From the human T2T-CHM13v2.0 reference genome, Homo sapiens, in assembly GCF_009914755.1 (NCBI RefSeq), contig NC_060926.1: DNA of 64,000 nucleotides; one strand, 5' to 3'. Below the pieces are notes generated by a model that was not told where the DNA came from, did no database searches, and saw only the letters and a list, made by a program, of their open reading frames with translations. Positions 16,843 to 28,856 of the stretch are shown piece by piece. Every line of letters starts with the position of its first letter. Positions within the stretch are counted from its first letter, which is position 1. The position numbers and the translations under genes are program-made.

Positions 16843-17467
16843 CCTTTCAACATTTATTTTATCCAATTTTCTTTGTCCTTGCTTTCTGAGACTCCAATTC
16901 TATGTATATTAGACTATTTGATATTGTCCCCCCAAATTAATATTTTTATTTTTAATCTTTTTCTTCTCTGTGCTTCTGTTAAGATAATTTCTATTCACTT
17001 GTCTTTAAATTTTCCAATGCTTTATCCCCCTGTGTCCAGTATTCTTAGGAATTTAGTTCACATATCCTCCTTTTCATTGTTCACTGGCTTTAAAAAGTAG
17101 ACAGACAGACAGATATTTTTCCCTTGGCTTGAGTAACAGTCTTTTACAACTGTCTACATTTTAATTGGAAATAGAACCTTGAGTGGGTCTTAAGCAGTCT
17201 TATATCATACAAAGAACATGCTAAAAATGTAGTATTTCTGGGAAATACTATCAGACATCAGACAATATCTAGGATATTAAAAAAAAATTCCTTAGGTGGT
17301 TCTAATGCAGGAGTCCCCACACACCCTTAAAGAAACACTAATTTGTTGTTAGAAGCTGAAGTCAAAATAAAAGTTAGCAGTCAAATGCAAATGAGTTTCA
17401 ATTGAGGCCTCAGGAAGACCATCAACAAAGCTATCAGATTGCTTTACTAAATTCAACTTTCGAAAAC

Positions 17468-18235
17468 TCATAGCCATTATGAAAACCAGTGTGGAGGTTC
17501 CTCAAAAAATTAAAAATGTAACTACCATATGATCCAGATTAGTACCTTCACCTATGAGCAGACTTCTGGGTATATGTCCAGAGGAACTGAAATCAGCATC
17601 TTACAGAGATATCTAACCCATCATGTTCATGGCCGCATTATTCACAATAGCCAAGATATGGAATCATCCCAAGTGTCCACTGATGGATGAGTAAATAAAG
17701 AAAATGTAGTATAGGCACACAGTGGAATACTATTCAGCCTTTGAAAAGAAGGAAGTCCTGTCATCTGTGACTACACGGATTAACCTGGAAGATATTATGC
17801 TAAGTAAAATAAGCCAGGCACAGAAAGATAAATACTGCACGATCTCATTTATATGTGGAATCTACAAAAGTCAAACTCATAGAGGCAGAGAGTAGAATGG
17901 TGGTTGCTAGGGGCTGGGGAGTGGTGGGGTGGTAGAGTGGGGGTGGGGAGATGTTGGTCAAAGGGTACAAAGTTTCAATTAGACAGAATAAATAAGTTTT
18001 GGAGATTTATTGTATACCATGGTGACTATAGTTAATGATAATGTTTTGTATACTTGAAAATTGCTAAGAGAATAGATCTTAAATGTTCCAACCACAAAAA
18101 AAGGATAAGTATGTGAGGTGACAGATATGTTATTAGCTTGATATAATCATTTCACAATGTATATGTAAGAACATCAGGTTGCACACCATAAACATATACA
18201 ATATTTATTTGTCAATTATACCTTAATAAAGCTGG
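17468..18235 (+). mobile_element. L1MA/MB 3' fragment
   Basis: gcattattcacaatagccaagatatggaatcatcccaagtgtcc...tgtcaattataccttaataaagctgg. Confidence 0.92.
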
Positions 18236-18398
18236 TGGAGGGACAACTTAATTTAAATAAACTGGTAAATATGGAAACAGACATGGCCTGTAATTTCCAA
18301 AAGCCATGTAGTTACTCCATTTCATTTGTTCTTGATTTTATGCTGGGCTGTAGCTCCTCAGTGAACCAACTAAAGTCATAATTAGACAGTTTTAGGAG

Positions 18399-18476
18399 AC
18401 AAGAACGTCTTCAGTGATGTGTATAGGCAGGCTTGCATAACTCTTTGAAAGATCTCCAAAGAGGAATATGAATGAT
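18399..18476 (+). repeat. 78-bp direct repeat, copy 1
   Basis: 72/78 identical to 20211-20288, ungapped. Confidence 0.95.
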
Positions 18477-18829
18477 TGAGAACACATAGATCTGCTATTT
18501 ACCAATTAATCCTAAGGTTCCATGGCCTGGAACAATTACCAAGAGCTAAAGACATTAACTTGGATATTGTGTGGCTATCAAGAAAGGACTCTAATTTTTG
18601 AACAAATATACCAGAAATTATGCACTCAAATGAGTGCAGTTCTCTTCAACAGGCAAAAAGAAATTGAGTATCAACCCTGCTTCATTGGTTTCACTCCCTA
18701 GAGAGTTGCATTGGGGATTTTAAGGTAGAATATAGCTCAGCGGGAAAGAGTCATCTATGAGCATGGTCTGCCATGAACATGGCTAGGGTCCATGGCAACA
18801 GAAGTGGTACATAATTGCCCTTCCTGGGT

Positions 18830-18945
18830 TAATGGTAAGAGCCTCGGGTTTGAAGCCTTGAGCATAAATTTGGCTCTGCCATCTACTAACTGTGAGATCT
18901 TGTGAAAACACATTCTCTGAGTCTCAATTTATTTTATTTAATGGT
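18830..18945 (+). mobile_element. MIR fragment
   Basis: ggctctgccatctactaactgtgagatcttg...tctctgagtctcaattt. Confidence 0.7.
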
Positions 18946-18984
18946 AATTGGTCACAAAAAATTTCCACTTTCTATTTCATAGGT

Positions 18985-20050
18985 ATACATGTGATATCCC
19001 CTTTGAAACTTAACAGTGCACTAATAGCAAGTTGTTCTTCAAGGAAGTCACTTTGGTAGGCTATGATCTTATTTACAACAATTCTGTCATTGCACATTCT
19101 TTGGGAGTGCATTTATAAACAGTTTGAGCAATTTGGGAGAAGCACTTTTACATGTCCCTGTGATGGCTAATTTTATGTGTCAATTTGGCTATGGTAAGGG
19201 ATACCCAGAAAATGAAAAAAAAATTATTTCTGGGTGTATCTGGAAGGGTATTTTCAGAAGATATTAGCATTTGAATTAGTAGACTGAGTAAAGAAGATTA
19301 CCTCTCATCAGTGTGGGCAGGTATCAGCAAATCCATCAAGGGCCCAAATAGAATAAAAAGGCAGAGGGGGGCGAATTCTCTCTCTTTTTCTTGAGCTAGA
19401 TGTCCATCTTCTCCTGCCCTTGGACATTAGAGCTCCTGGCTCTTGTGCCTTTGGATTCTAGGACTTATACCGGAGCCCTCTTGCCTCCAACTGGGAGATA
19501 CACCATTGGCTCCCGTAGTTCTCAGGCCTTTGGATTTGGACTGAACCATGGGAATTGGCTCACAAAGTTATGGAGGCCAGGAAGTCCCATGATATGCCAT
19601 TTGCAAACTGGAGAACCAGCATCATGGGACTTCTTGGCTTCCATAATTGTGTGAACCAATTCCCATAGTACATCTCCTCTTATGTATCCATAATTATTCT
19701 ATTTGTTCTGTTTCTCCAGGGAATCCTGACTAATACACGGTGTTTTGATAATTCAGCTAGATCACCTACAAATCGATCAGGAACTTTGGATTCAAATGAT
19801 ATCATTGTTGCCAAAAATCGAATTCACTATTAGTGGATGAAGATTTGTTACCACTGGGTTATTAAAAAGCGTAGGCCACAGGCTTTTGAAGATTCTTCCC
19901 AAAGAGGAATTCCAAAAATGATTTATGCAATTGCAGCCTCATTAGTGTAAGAGTATGGTCTCCCAAGGGAGCTATGTTGAAGGCTGAAACTCACTTGAAT
20001 ATGTAATCTTCTGTTAGCTTGTTTAATTAATCGGTCATTTTGCGTTAGAA
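18985..20050. mobile_element. MARNA mariner-derived element, interrupted by MLT2
   Basis: 19886-19984 translates as LKILPKEEFQK*FMQLQPH*CKSMVSQGSYVEG (mariner transposase C-terminus); diverged inverted copy at about 19031-19110. Confidence 0.75.
19159..19737 (+). mobile_element. MLT2 (ERVL) solo LTR with internal inverted duplication
   Basis: tgtgatggctaattttatgtgtcaa...gttctgtttctccagggaatcctgactaataca. Confidence 0.9.
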
Positions 20051-20210
20051 TCTCATGGATGTATAGCAGAGTTACCATGCTTTGAATGAGAATGATGGTC
20101 ACACACTGATCCTGCAGTAATCTCTAAGAATATAAACAAGGTAGCCCAGATGAACTCTCACCCTCTGATAGAGAGGGAATTGGAGCTTTCTGGCGCTTAC
20201 TGATAACATA

Positions 20211-20288
20211 ACAAGAATATCTTCAGTGATGTGTATAGGCAGGCCTGTATAACTCTTTGGAAGACCTCCAAAGAGGAATATGAATGAT
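20211..20288 (+). repeat. 78-bp direct repeat, copy 2
   Basis: 72/78 identical to 18399-18476. Confidence 0.95.
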
Positions 20289-20370
20289 AAGTCTCCAAGC
20301 AAACAACTATTTGTAACCCCAGAATTATAAAATATAGATGTAATACGGTTGTGAAAATCCTTTCTGTTTG

Positions 20371-20688
20371 GGCCAGGCACAGTGGCTTATGCCTGTGAAT
20401 CACTTTGGGAGGCCAAGGTGGGAGGATTGTTTGAGCCCAGGAGTTCAAGACCAGCCTGGGCAACATAGTGAGATCCTGTCTTTACAAAAAAATTAAAAAT
20501 TAGCCAGTTGTGGTAGCACATGCCTGTGGTCCCAGCTGTTTGGAAGGCTGAGATGGAGGACTGCTTGAGCCCAGGAGGTTGAAACTGCAGTGAGCCATAT
20601 CTACACCACAGTACTCCAGCCACTTCAGCTTTGAGGACAGAGCGAGACCCTGTCTCAAGAAATAAAAAAAAAATAGGAATGAAAAAAG
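20371..20688 (+). mobile_element. AluJ
   Basis: Dimer with ttgagcccaggagttcaag; TSD-like gaaaatcct. Confidence 0.94.
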
Positions 20689-20987
20689 AAAATCCTGTTT
20701 GTTCAAAAGTAACTACTATGGTTAGGCAAAGGCAGGAAATGTTAGAAGAAATGCAGCGAGAAGTCCTTGGAAGGAGTATATTTTAGCATTGGAGTCTGGG
20801 CTACGTGAAGGAGATGTTGACACAGATCCAATCCTAAACTGTTAGGGAGGGTGCAGTATCTCTCTGAGACTGTGTCATGAGGGATCTCTGCCCTTTTCCT
20901 GAGCTTTAGAGGGTCATACTCTAGACTTTTTCTCTCTATGAGAAGAGGAGTCCACGGGCTAAAGGGTTGTGCCCCCCTTAAGCCCAC

Positions 20988-21525
20988 TGTGGTAGAAGGA
21001 ATTCTAAGATGGCACCCAAGATTCACGCACTCTCTATCTTCCCCCTCTTTGAGTGTGAGTGTGACCTATGAATCACACTCCATGATTAGGTGACATTATA
21101 TGGCAAAAGTGGAGGGATTTGCAGATATAATTATCGTTTCTCATCAGTTAACTATAAGTCAACAAAAAAAGATTGTCCTGGATGGACCTTACTTAGTAAG
21201 GTGAAATCCTTTAAAAGAGGGCTGAACCCTTCATGAAAAGAGAGAATCTGCTGGTCTTGAAGAATCAAGTTGCCATTAGTTCTATAGCCACAAGGAAATG
21301 AATTCTGCCAATGACCATTTGAGCTTGAAAGAGGACTCTGAACCTCAGATGAAACTGCAGCCCTGGTTGACACCTTGACTGCAGTCCAGTGAGACCCTGA
21401 GCAGAGGAACCAGTTAAGCCACACTCAGACTCTTGACCCAAGGAAATCATGAGATAATGGACATGTGTTGTTGTAAGGCATTAAGTTGGTGGTGACTTGA
21501 GATGCAGCATGGAACAGGAATTCAC
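20988..21525 (+). mobile_element. MLT1E-like MaLR LTR
   Basis: tgtggtagaaggaattctaagatggcacccaagattc...tgtgttgttgtaaggcattaagttggtggtg. Confidence 0.8.
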
Positions 21526-21544
21526 CCATGCCTCATCTTCTAGT

Positions 21545-21735
21545 CTAATGGCACGCAAAGTTTGATCTGTTTACTGCTGGTCCAGGATGAGCTAAGTATA
21601 GAAAGTGAGAGTAAGTGGTACTTTTTATGGCAATTTAACACTGCTGAAATATTTAAATTATATTTTACAAAAATGTGGATCCACAGTAGAGTGAACTTTT
21701 TAAAAAAAGCATTTTTCACCAGATAAGTACTGTTC
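21545..21735 (+). mobile_element. MER103C-like hAT-Charlie MITE
   Basis: ggtccaggatgagctaagtatagaaagtgagagtaag...tttatggcaatttaacactgc...tattttacaaaaa. Confidence 0.6.
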
Positions 21736-22488
21736 TAGTTCATGATCTGCCTTCTTAGAATTCTGAATTCTCTGCCCACCTGACCCTGAAAGAGGAATGA
21801 ATTAGCTCTTCAAGGGCCTGCTCAGTCCTCTTTCTTTGGTCTGCCTGTATAAGGGCAGACAGTGCTGCTGCTGAACTAACCCCTAGCCCTGACAGTTGGC
21901 CAAGAAACAGCTCTTTATGGGGGTTGAAGATGGAGCTTCAGATGTGTGGGTTGGCAGGTTCACACATGACTATAAGCACCTGGAAGTGCTGGATAGAAAG
22001 ATGGGAAGAGAAGAGAGGAATAACCAGGGGCCAGAAGCTATGAATGGCTGTTCATATGTAACCTCAAAATTCCCTGCTAAAACATGGGAAATCCCAAATT
22101 TTTAAGTTCAAATACAGCTTTCGGGTCATTGTGAAGGTCTATTGGCCAAAGTAGAAGGAAAGAACATATTTTATTTAATATTATGCTAGCTTGGCTTATG
22201 TTTTTAAACATTCTAGACATATGCTATGCCGGCCTTCATTTGTTCTCCTGTACTGGCCTTGTAAATATGTTAAGAGTGGGCCTGGAGAGTGGTCTCTTCT
22301 GGAACACTTCCATCTACTTCTCCCAGAGATTGCAAACCTAGAATCTGGAGCTGCTGAAGTGGAAGGGTTTTGTTCTTTTTTGTTGTTGTTTTTAGTGATG
22401 CCTCATCATAATTAACACAAAAAGGTTTTCTGCACTAATGATGCTTAGATTTTTTTAACCCATTTTTCTCTAACTGCATGATGGTAGG

Positions 22489-22962
22489 TGCTATGGTTTG
22501 AATGCCTCCCAAAATCTGCATGTTGGAAACTTAATACTCAGGCAGCATTGTTGGGAGTTGGGGCCTAATGAGAGGTGATTAGGCCATAAGGGGGAAGTAA
22601 ATGGATTAAAACCCATTTATGCCTAGTGTTCCATTATTGGAACACTAAGCATGTAGGAGTTATTTATATCTACTGCTCAAGGTCTGATTGGCAAAAATTC
22701 AAAAAATTGCAACCTCAGGCAGAAATGGTTTAATACTGTTATCATGGAAATGGGTTTGTTATAAAAGGGTGTGTCTGGCCCCCTTTTATCTCTCTCTCTT
22801 TTGCCCTTCCACCTTGGGATGGCACAGCAAGAAGCCCCTCTCCGGATGCCGGCCCCTCTTGGACTTCCCAGCTTCCAGAATTGTGAGCCAGTCAATTTCT
22901 GTTCATTATAAATTACCCAGTCTCAGGTATTCTGTTATAGCAGCACAAAACAGACTAAGACA
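22489..22962 (+). mobile_element. MST (MaLR) solo LTR containing a MER85
   Basis: tgctatggtttgaatg...agcagcacaaaacagactaagaca; 5-bp TSD gtagg/gtggg. Confidence 0.92.
22612..22729 (+). mobile_element. MER85 piggyBac MITE
   Basis: cccatttatgcct...aggcagaaatggt terminal inverted repeats; TTAA at 22606-22609 and 22730-22733; internal palindrome gttccattattggaac 22628-22643. Confidence 0.93.
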
Positions 22963-23083
22963 GTGGGTTATCCTAAATCCATACTATGCCAGCGAGAACC
23001 AAGGGGTGTAGCATGTTTCCTGAGCAGTGTTTCAGATCCCCAGCAGAAGGTAAATGCTGTAAATTACTGTGCATTTGCCACAG

Positions 23084-23584
23084 TGTAGTAGACTGAATAG
23101 TGGCCACCAAAGATATCCAGGTCCTAATCCCTAACACCTGTGAATACTAATGTAATGTGTCAAAACAGGCTTTGTAGATGTGATTAAGTCAAGGAATTTT
23201 CGATGGAGAGAGTATCCTAGATTAACTTGGTGGGACCTAAATGCAATCACAAATGACCTTATAAGAGAGAGGCAGAGGGAGACTTGACACCATATAAAGA
23301 AATGGGACATTAAGGCAAGAGGCTGAGGTATTGGCTTTGAAGATGGAGGAAGGGGCCACAAGCCAAGGAATGCAAAGAGTACATCTCTAGAAGCTCAAAA
23401 GATAAGAAAAAGGATTCTCCCCAAAAGCCTCCAGAAGGAGTGCAACCCTACCGATGCCATGATCTTGGGCTAATGTAACTGATTTTACATTCTGACCCCC
23501 AGAACTATTGGAGAATAAAAGTGTGTTATTTGAAGCCACTAAGTTTGTGGTAATTTGTCACAGCAGGTAAAGTAAACTAATATA
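23084..23584 (+). mobile_element. MLT1C/D MaLR solo LTR
   Basis: tgtagtagactgaatagtggcc...aagccactaagtttgtggtaatttgt...aactaatata; perfect TSD cacag at 23079-23083 and 23585-23589. Confidence 0.9.
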
Positions 23585-25039
23585 CACAGCAAACAATGAG
23601 AATATTTTTAAAATCTGAATTAAAAGTCTGGGATTTTGGTGTGTGTGCAACCACTACCAGTTTTCTAGATACTCTTCTAGAGACAAGGTATTGTGAAACA
23701 GACAATATAAGTGAGAATGGAAGAGAGTAACACAGACCCAAAGGGCATGCTTCAAAAGCCACAGGGGAGGCCAGATCCCAGCTGACACACCACTTTAGAA
23801 TAAGAGTGTTTCCTCAAAATAACTGAAGGAACACCGAGAAGGGCTATAGATGTGTTCAGCTTTATTCCCACAGTTGACATTTATAATGTATCAGTCCCTC
23901 CCTGTTAATAGCTTGACTGACAGACAATCAAAGGATGTGTGGGACTCATAAATAGTCCGAAGCACACCCAAGAGGGAGCATTTGTAATGCAGCCTTCAGA
24001 GACTAGGTAGAAAGGAAAGGAAGGGAGCAAAGGAAAACTCAGGGAGGAATTTAAGGGACAAGTGTTCCTGACCAAAATGTCAGAGCCTGGACTAAGCTCT
24101 TGATCACAAAGAAATGGTGAGAAGCCCCGTAGCTGAAATTACTGTGAGAGCCCGTTGGAGTCAGAGGAAGTATTTGTGGTGGGATTACAGGGAAACTTTT
24201 CTACTTCTTGTCTCCACATAAGCCCCAGGTTAGTCCCAAAGGACTGTGGATGCTGTTGAGGCTTAGTGAACACCCAGTAATGGGAGAAGAAGAGACTCGC
24301 TTTCAGTACCATATTCCCTTGGGTACAGAGAAAAAGCTCAGGCCGTTTTGAAAACAGCTGCTGCACTTTTCCCAAATGACCTTTCTTTGTTCCCTTCAGC
24401 TCCAAGCCCTTGGACTCATTCTCCATTTTTCTCTTTATGCAGGTGTATGTTTAAGCTCAGGCTGGAAAAGGATCACTGAAAGTCACTTGGATGGTGTCTC
24501 GTGTGTCTGTGATGAGCTTGCTGTTGCTTTCTTTCTCCTTGACAGGTGGGTTTATTTCTTATGGAATCAGACCTTTTGGCTACAGTGTTCTCTAAACAGC
24601 TGTAATACCATCTCACTCAGTTAACCTAACTTTGGATCTGATGTACATCAGAATAAAACCTATAGAGAATAGAGCTGACTTCCCCAAATCCATGTGCCTC
24701 CACTAACCCCCAAGGAGCTTAGTGTGGCTGGTTGTGAATGACAGTGATCTCCGTGATGAGAAGTAATCCCTCCTCTAGAAATACTTTACCTGTTTTCTTT
24801 GGTGCTTAACACCCTCTGCATGAGACATTGCTCTATGGGCTTTCATCTCCCCTGTGACAAAGGACACATCTTTCTCATTTCCACATTCCCTCCTCTTGCT
24901 TCTCCCCCATGCCACCTCCCCTTTGTCCCTCTACCAACACATAGGTACCTGCGTCAGTTAGGCACCTACTCTACAGCCCATGGAACAAATAAAGCTTTCA
25001 AACATTAGTTATTTAATCAATGGGTCAAAAAAAAACAGT

Positions 25040-25275
25040 ATCTGAATATGCGCAGCATCTAACCTTTTTGATGGGCTTTTGAATCTAGTGCCTCATTTTG
25101 TCTCTTCAACATCCCTCTGAACTCAGTATAACAAGTAGTAATAGCCCCATTGAACATATAAAAAAACCTGACATCTGGGAAAGTTTTAACTTAGGAAAAG
25201 GTCACATTGCAGATTATTGGCAGAGTTCACATTAGAATCTGTTTCTTACTCTGTTGTCCTCACCACTATACTATG
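25040..25275 (-). mobile_element. MIR
   Basis: atagccccattgaac...aaggtcacattgc...ggcagagttcacattagaatc. Confidence 0.6.
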
Positions 25276-25544
25276 GTGCTTTCGTTCATTGAGTTGACCT
25301 ATGGTAAAGTTATAAGCCTTGCTGTTTTTGCAAGTGGGGAGACTGGGACTTGGGCATCTGAATTTTGACCTGGAGGTTAATGGTGTCAATAGGAATGTAA
25401 CTGCATGCAGTCTCTTAGATGGATGGATGGTAAGAAAACCTTTACTTTCTATATAACTCCAGAAGACAATTCTGTCATTTTAAACTACAAATATCAACTA
25501 TGGTTTTTTTGGGAGGAATATTTATTATTTAATTTTAAAAAATT

Positions 25545-25828
25545 ATTTTTGATACAAAGTCTTGTGCTGTTGCCCAGGCTGGAGTGCAGTGGCGCCATCT
25601 TGACTTATGTAGTCTCTTCCTCCCAGGCTCAAGCAATCCTCCTGCCTCAGCCTCCTGAGTAGCTGGGACTACAGGTGTGCACCACCACACCGGACTAATT
25701 TTTATATTTTCTGTAGAGGCGGGTTTCACCATGTTGCCCAGGCTGGTCTCAAACTCTTGGGCTCAAGCAATCCTCCCGCCTCTGCCTCCAAGTGTTGGGA
25801 TTGCAGGTGTGAGCCACTGCACCCAGCC
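25545..25828 (-). mobile_element. AluJ
   Basis: Reverse dimer. Confidence 0.94.
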
Positions 25829-25829
25829 A

Positions 25830-25965
25830 ATTTTTTTTTTAAGTTTCTTGTGGGTACCCTGTAGGTGTATATATTTGTGGAGTACATGAGATGTTTTGAT
25901 ACAGGTCTGCAGTGTGTAATAATCACATCATGGAGACTGGGGTATCCCTTCTCTCAATCACCTCC
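25830..25965 (-). mobile_element. L1MA 3' terminus fragment
   Basis: gtgggtaccctgtaggtgtatatatttgtggagtacatgagatgttttgatacagg. Confidence 0.8.
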
Positions 25966-26461
25966 CTTTTGTTTTACTATTTATTTATTTTTAAATGAAC
26001 TCTTATTTATGTGAGATGACTTTGTTAAGGGTGAGGACAGGGACAGATACTTGCTTCCTTTTCTGCCATGTCACTGCCAGTCCATATTAGAGCCCACTCT
26101 GGAGGCTAATGAATTTTTCTTCTCTCTGTGTCCCGTCAGCCCCAGTCCCCTCTGCCCATTGGACCCACTCTTCCCAGGACCCCGGGTTCACAGCTAATGC
26201 CTTTCAGTCAGAGGCAGGAGTAGATTATTTAGTTTCTTCCCAGAGAAACTCCCCACAGCCCAAACCACATTTATCCTGCAAATATTAACCACTTTTCATA
26301 GCAGTGCATCCATGAGTTATTATGCTAACAGCTGCCTCTGCTTCATTGTGCAAAAGATATTTTCCCAGCAAAGGGTGGGGACGCAGGGCAGAGGAGGGTG
26401 AGAAGGGAGGAAAATCCCACCCTGTCACGCTCGTTTAAAGTTATCATGTGCCGCCCGCCCC

Positions 26462-27105
26462 CCATTCATTCAACACACATTTACCTTCTGGCAGCAACTG
26501 CGTTATGAGATATAAATATGAATAGAATGCAATGCTCTACCTAAGGGAATTCATGGCTAAGAAAAAGAAATAGACACAAATAGGTTTGTTGTAAAGCGAA
26601 GTGGAATTAGAGCAGGTCCAGCAAAGAAAGGCAGCAGGGACAAGGGACAGGCATTCCAGGCAGCAGGACAGGGTGAGCCGAGGCATGGAGGTGGGAAACA
26701 GCTCACTGTGTGTGTCGTATCTCTCCAGGCAAAGCTCCCTGAAAGAGGAAAGAGCCAGGGAAGTGACAAGCAGAGCCCAGAGGGGCTTGCAAGCCATGTT
26801 AAGGAGCTTAGGGGTGGGGTGGGAACTGAAGGGTTTCAAGCAGGGGAACAATGGCAGATGCGCAGTTGCGTGGATGGTAGATGGGAGGATGGATCAGATT
26901 AGGGCAAAACTGAAAGCAGGGACCAGTCACAAGAGGAACTTCATTCCAGGGAGAGATGTTGAGGGTCTGAACTGAGGCAGTGCAGTGGGAAGAGAAGGAT
27001 GAATTAGAAAACAGTTGCAGAGGGACTTGGGAGGTCATGGGAGCTAGATGGGGATGAGGGCTGAGGGAGAAGTAGCAGTCTGGAGGGGTCTTTGAGTAAG
27101 GCTGG
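26462..27105 (-). mobile_element. L2 fragment
   Basis: Begins cattcattcaacacacatttac; purine-rich antisense L2 body (ttccaggcagcaggaca, gccatgttaaggagctt). Confidence 0.75.
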
Positions 27106-27369
27106 AACCCCTCTCTAGAACTCTCTGCCCAGTGCCCAGAGAACCTCACAGGAGATAAGAAGATGGACACACAGAGTTGATGGCTGCTCAAGACATTGTC
27201 CCCTCCCCTACAATCCCCCGTTCAAAGCTGGTGAGGAGTATGGCCAAGCAGTCTGACCCCAGGACTGTGGTCCTCAGCAGGGCGAGGGTGGGGAGGATTT
27301 CGAAAGTGGGAGACCAGAGTGAAGCAAGAGGCTGTCAGCGGAAGGACTGGAAGGGCCAGGCCCACGTGG

Positions 27370-28375
27370 TCACGTGTTTGCAGCTTTAGCTAATTCATCC
27401 TCCCAACGTCTCTATGAGGGTGACACAGTTATTGCCCCATTTTACAGGGGAGAAAATTGAGGCTCAGCAGGTAATCTGTGGCCAAGTTACAGACCACAGT
27501 GCTGGCATGTGGAGGGCATTTCCTCCAGCTCAGCATAACTGGCATGGGAGAAAGACTGGCTTCACCACAGCAAGCCCCACAGGGCCATCAGAGTGGACCA
27601 GGGAATAGTGCAGCCGGGGAGACCTAAGCAGAACTTCCAGTGACAAGGAGAGGATTCTCTGGAGGCAGCTGGGAGGGGCCCATGAGACGCCTTTGGGCAT
27701 TCACAAAAGGTGTGAGGGCTTTGGGGTCCCAGCAGATTTCCTCAGGGTGGGGTAGGGTAGAGGTAGGGAAAGAGGCTGAAAAAGATCATGATTTTGTTGC
27801 AATTTTATTAACCATCTTTCTTAGTTTTTACCTGCATTTATATGCAGGCTAACAGCCCCTGAAAGAGTTCATAAACTCAGCCTCTGAATCTGTCCCATCA
27901 TCCCCACAAGCATCCTGGGAAAGAGAGTCTTTTCATTTTCTCTGTCTCTGTCTCTCTCTCAACAGATGAGAAAACAGTGGCTTCAAAGGTTAAACAACTT
28001 GTCTTCGATTGCACAGCTAACAAGAGGTAAAACTGGAATTTGAATCGTGGTACTGTGACTTCAGAGGCCAGGTTCGTAGCGCTACACTAACACAGAGACC
28101 AGAAGAAGCCTTGACATTATCATAAAACCACAGACATGATACAAGGCCAGGAAGAAGGAGGCTTGGGAGCTTATTAGCTGAAATATATTGATCACCTTTT
28201 CACAGCTTTCTCTTATTATCCTCCCAATGTCTCTGTGAGGACAGTACAGTTATCACCCCATTCTAGAGATGAGGAAACTGAAGCTCAGAGGTGTTAAGAA
28301 ACTTGTTCTAGGTCACACAGCTAGTAATGCTTGGGATCAGGATTTGAATTTAGATTTGTCATATTCCAAAGTTTA
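27370..28375 (-). mobile_element. Three MIR fragments (about 27370-27520, 27960-28090, 28190-28375)
   Basis: cccattttacagg..agaaaattgaggctcag; cagatgagaaaacagtggc; ccccattctagagatgaggaaactgaagctcagag. Confidence 0.8.
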
Positions 28376-28484
28376 CCTATAGTCTCAGCTACTAGGGAGG
28401 CTAAGGCAGGAGAATTGCTTGAGCCCAGGAGTTTGATTTCAGATTGAGCAACATAGTAAGATCCCATGTCAAAAAAGAAAAATA
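28376..28484 (+). mobile_element. FLAM/Alu monomer
   Basis: cctatagtctcagctactagggaggctaaggcaggag...ttgagcccaggagtttga plus A-tail. Confidence 0.8.
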
Positions 28485-28856
28485 AACAGGTGAAATTAAT
28501 TTTAACAATATGCTTTACCTAACCCAATATATGCAAAATATTACATTTTAACATGTAATCAATATTTTCAAAGTTAATAATGAATACCAGAAATAACACA
28601 TGTGCTAATAACATGTACGCTGCAACACTAATATCTTACCTGATACAACAGTTAAAATCAAGTCCCACCAGAGCAATAAAGTTGTGTCTACCAGAAAAAT
28701 ATTTTACACTGCTTCCATTTTTAAATTTACATTTAAATTAATTGACATTAAGTAACATTTAAAACTCAGTTCCTCAGTCACACGGGCTACATTTTAAGTG
28801 TGCAACAACCACATATGGCTAGTGGCCACAGTGGTGCTGGTTAATGAGCACAGCTC
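28485..28856. mobile_element. MER33/Charlie1-derived hAT element
   Basis: aaacaggtgaaattaattttaacaatat...cagttcctcagtcacac...acatatggctagtggcc. Confidence 0.75.

Larger units (their letters stand above)
15320..17045 (-). mobile_element. Old L1M fragment (ORF1/ORF2 start), antisense
   Basis: Reverse of the L1 ORF2 start at 15325-15400; gtctgttggtaacacattctctgagc and ggatgtagaattctaggttgata are typical antisense L1M motifs. Confidence 0.75.
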
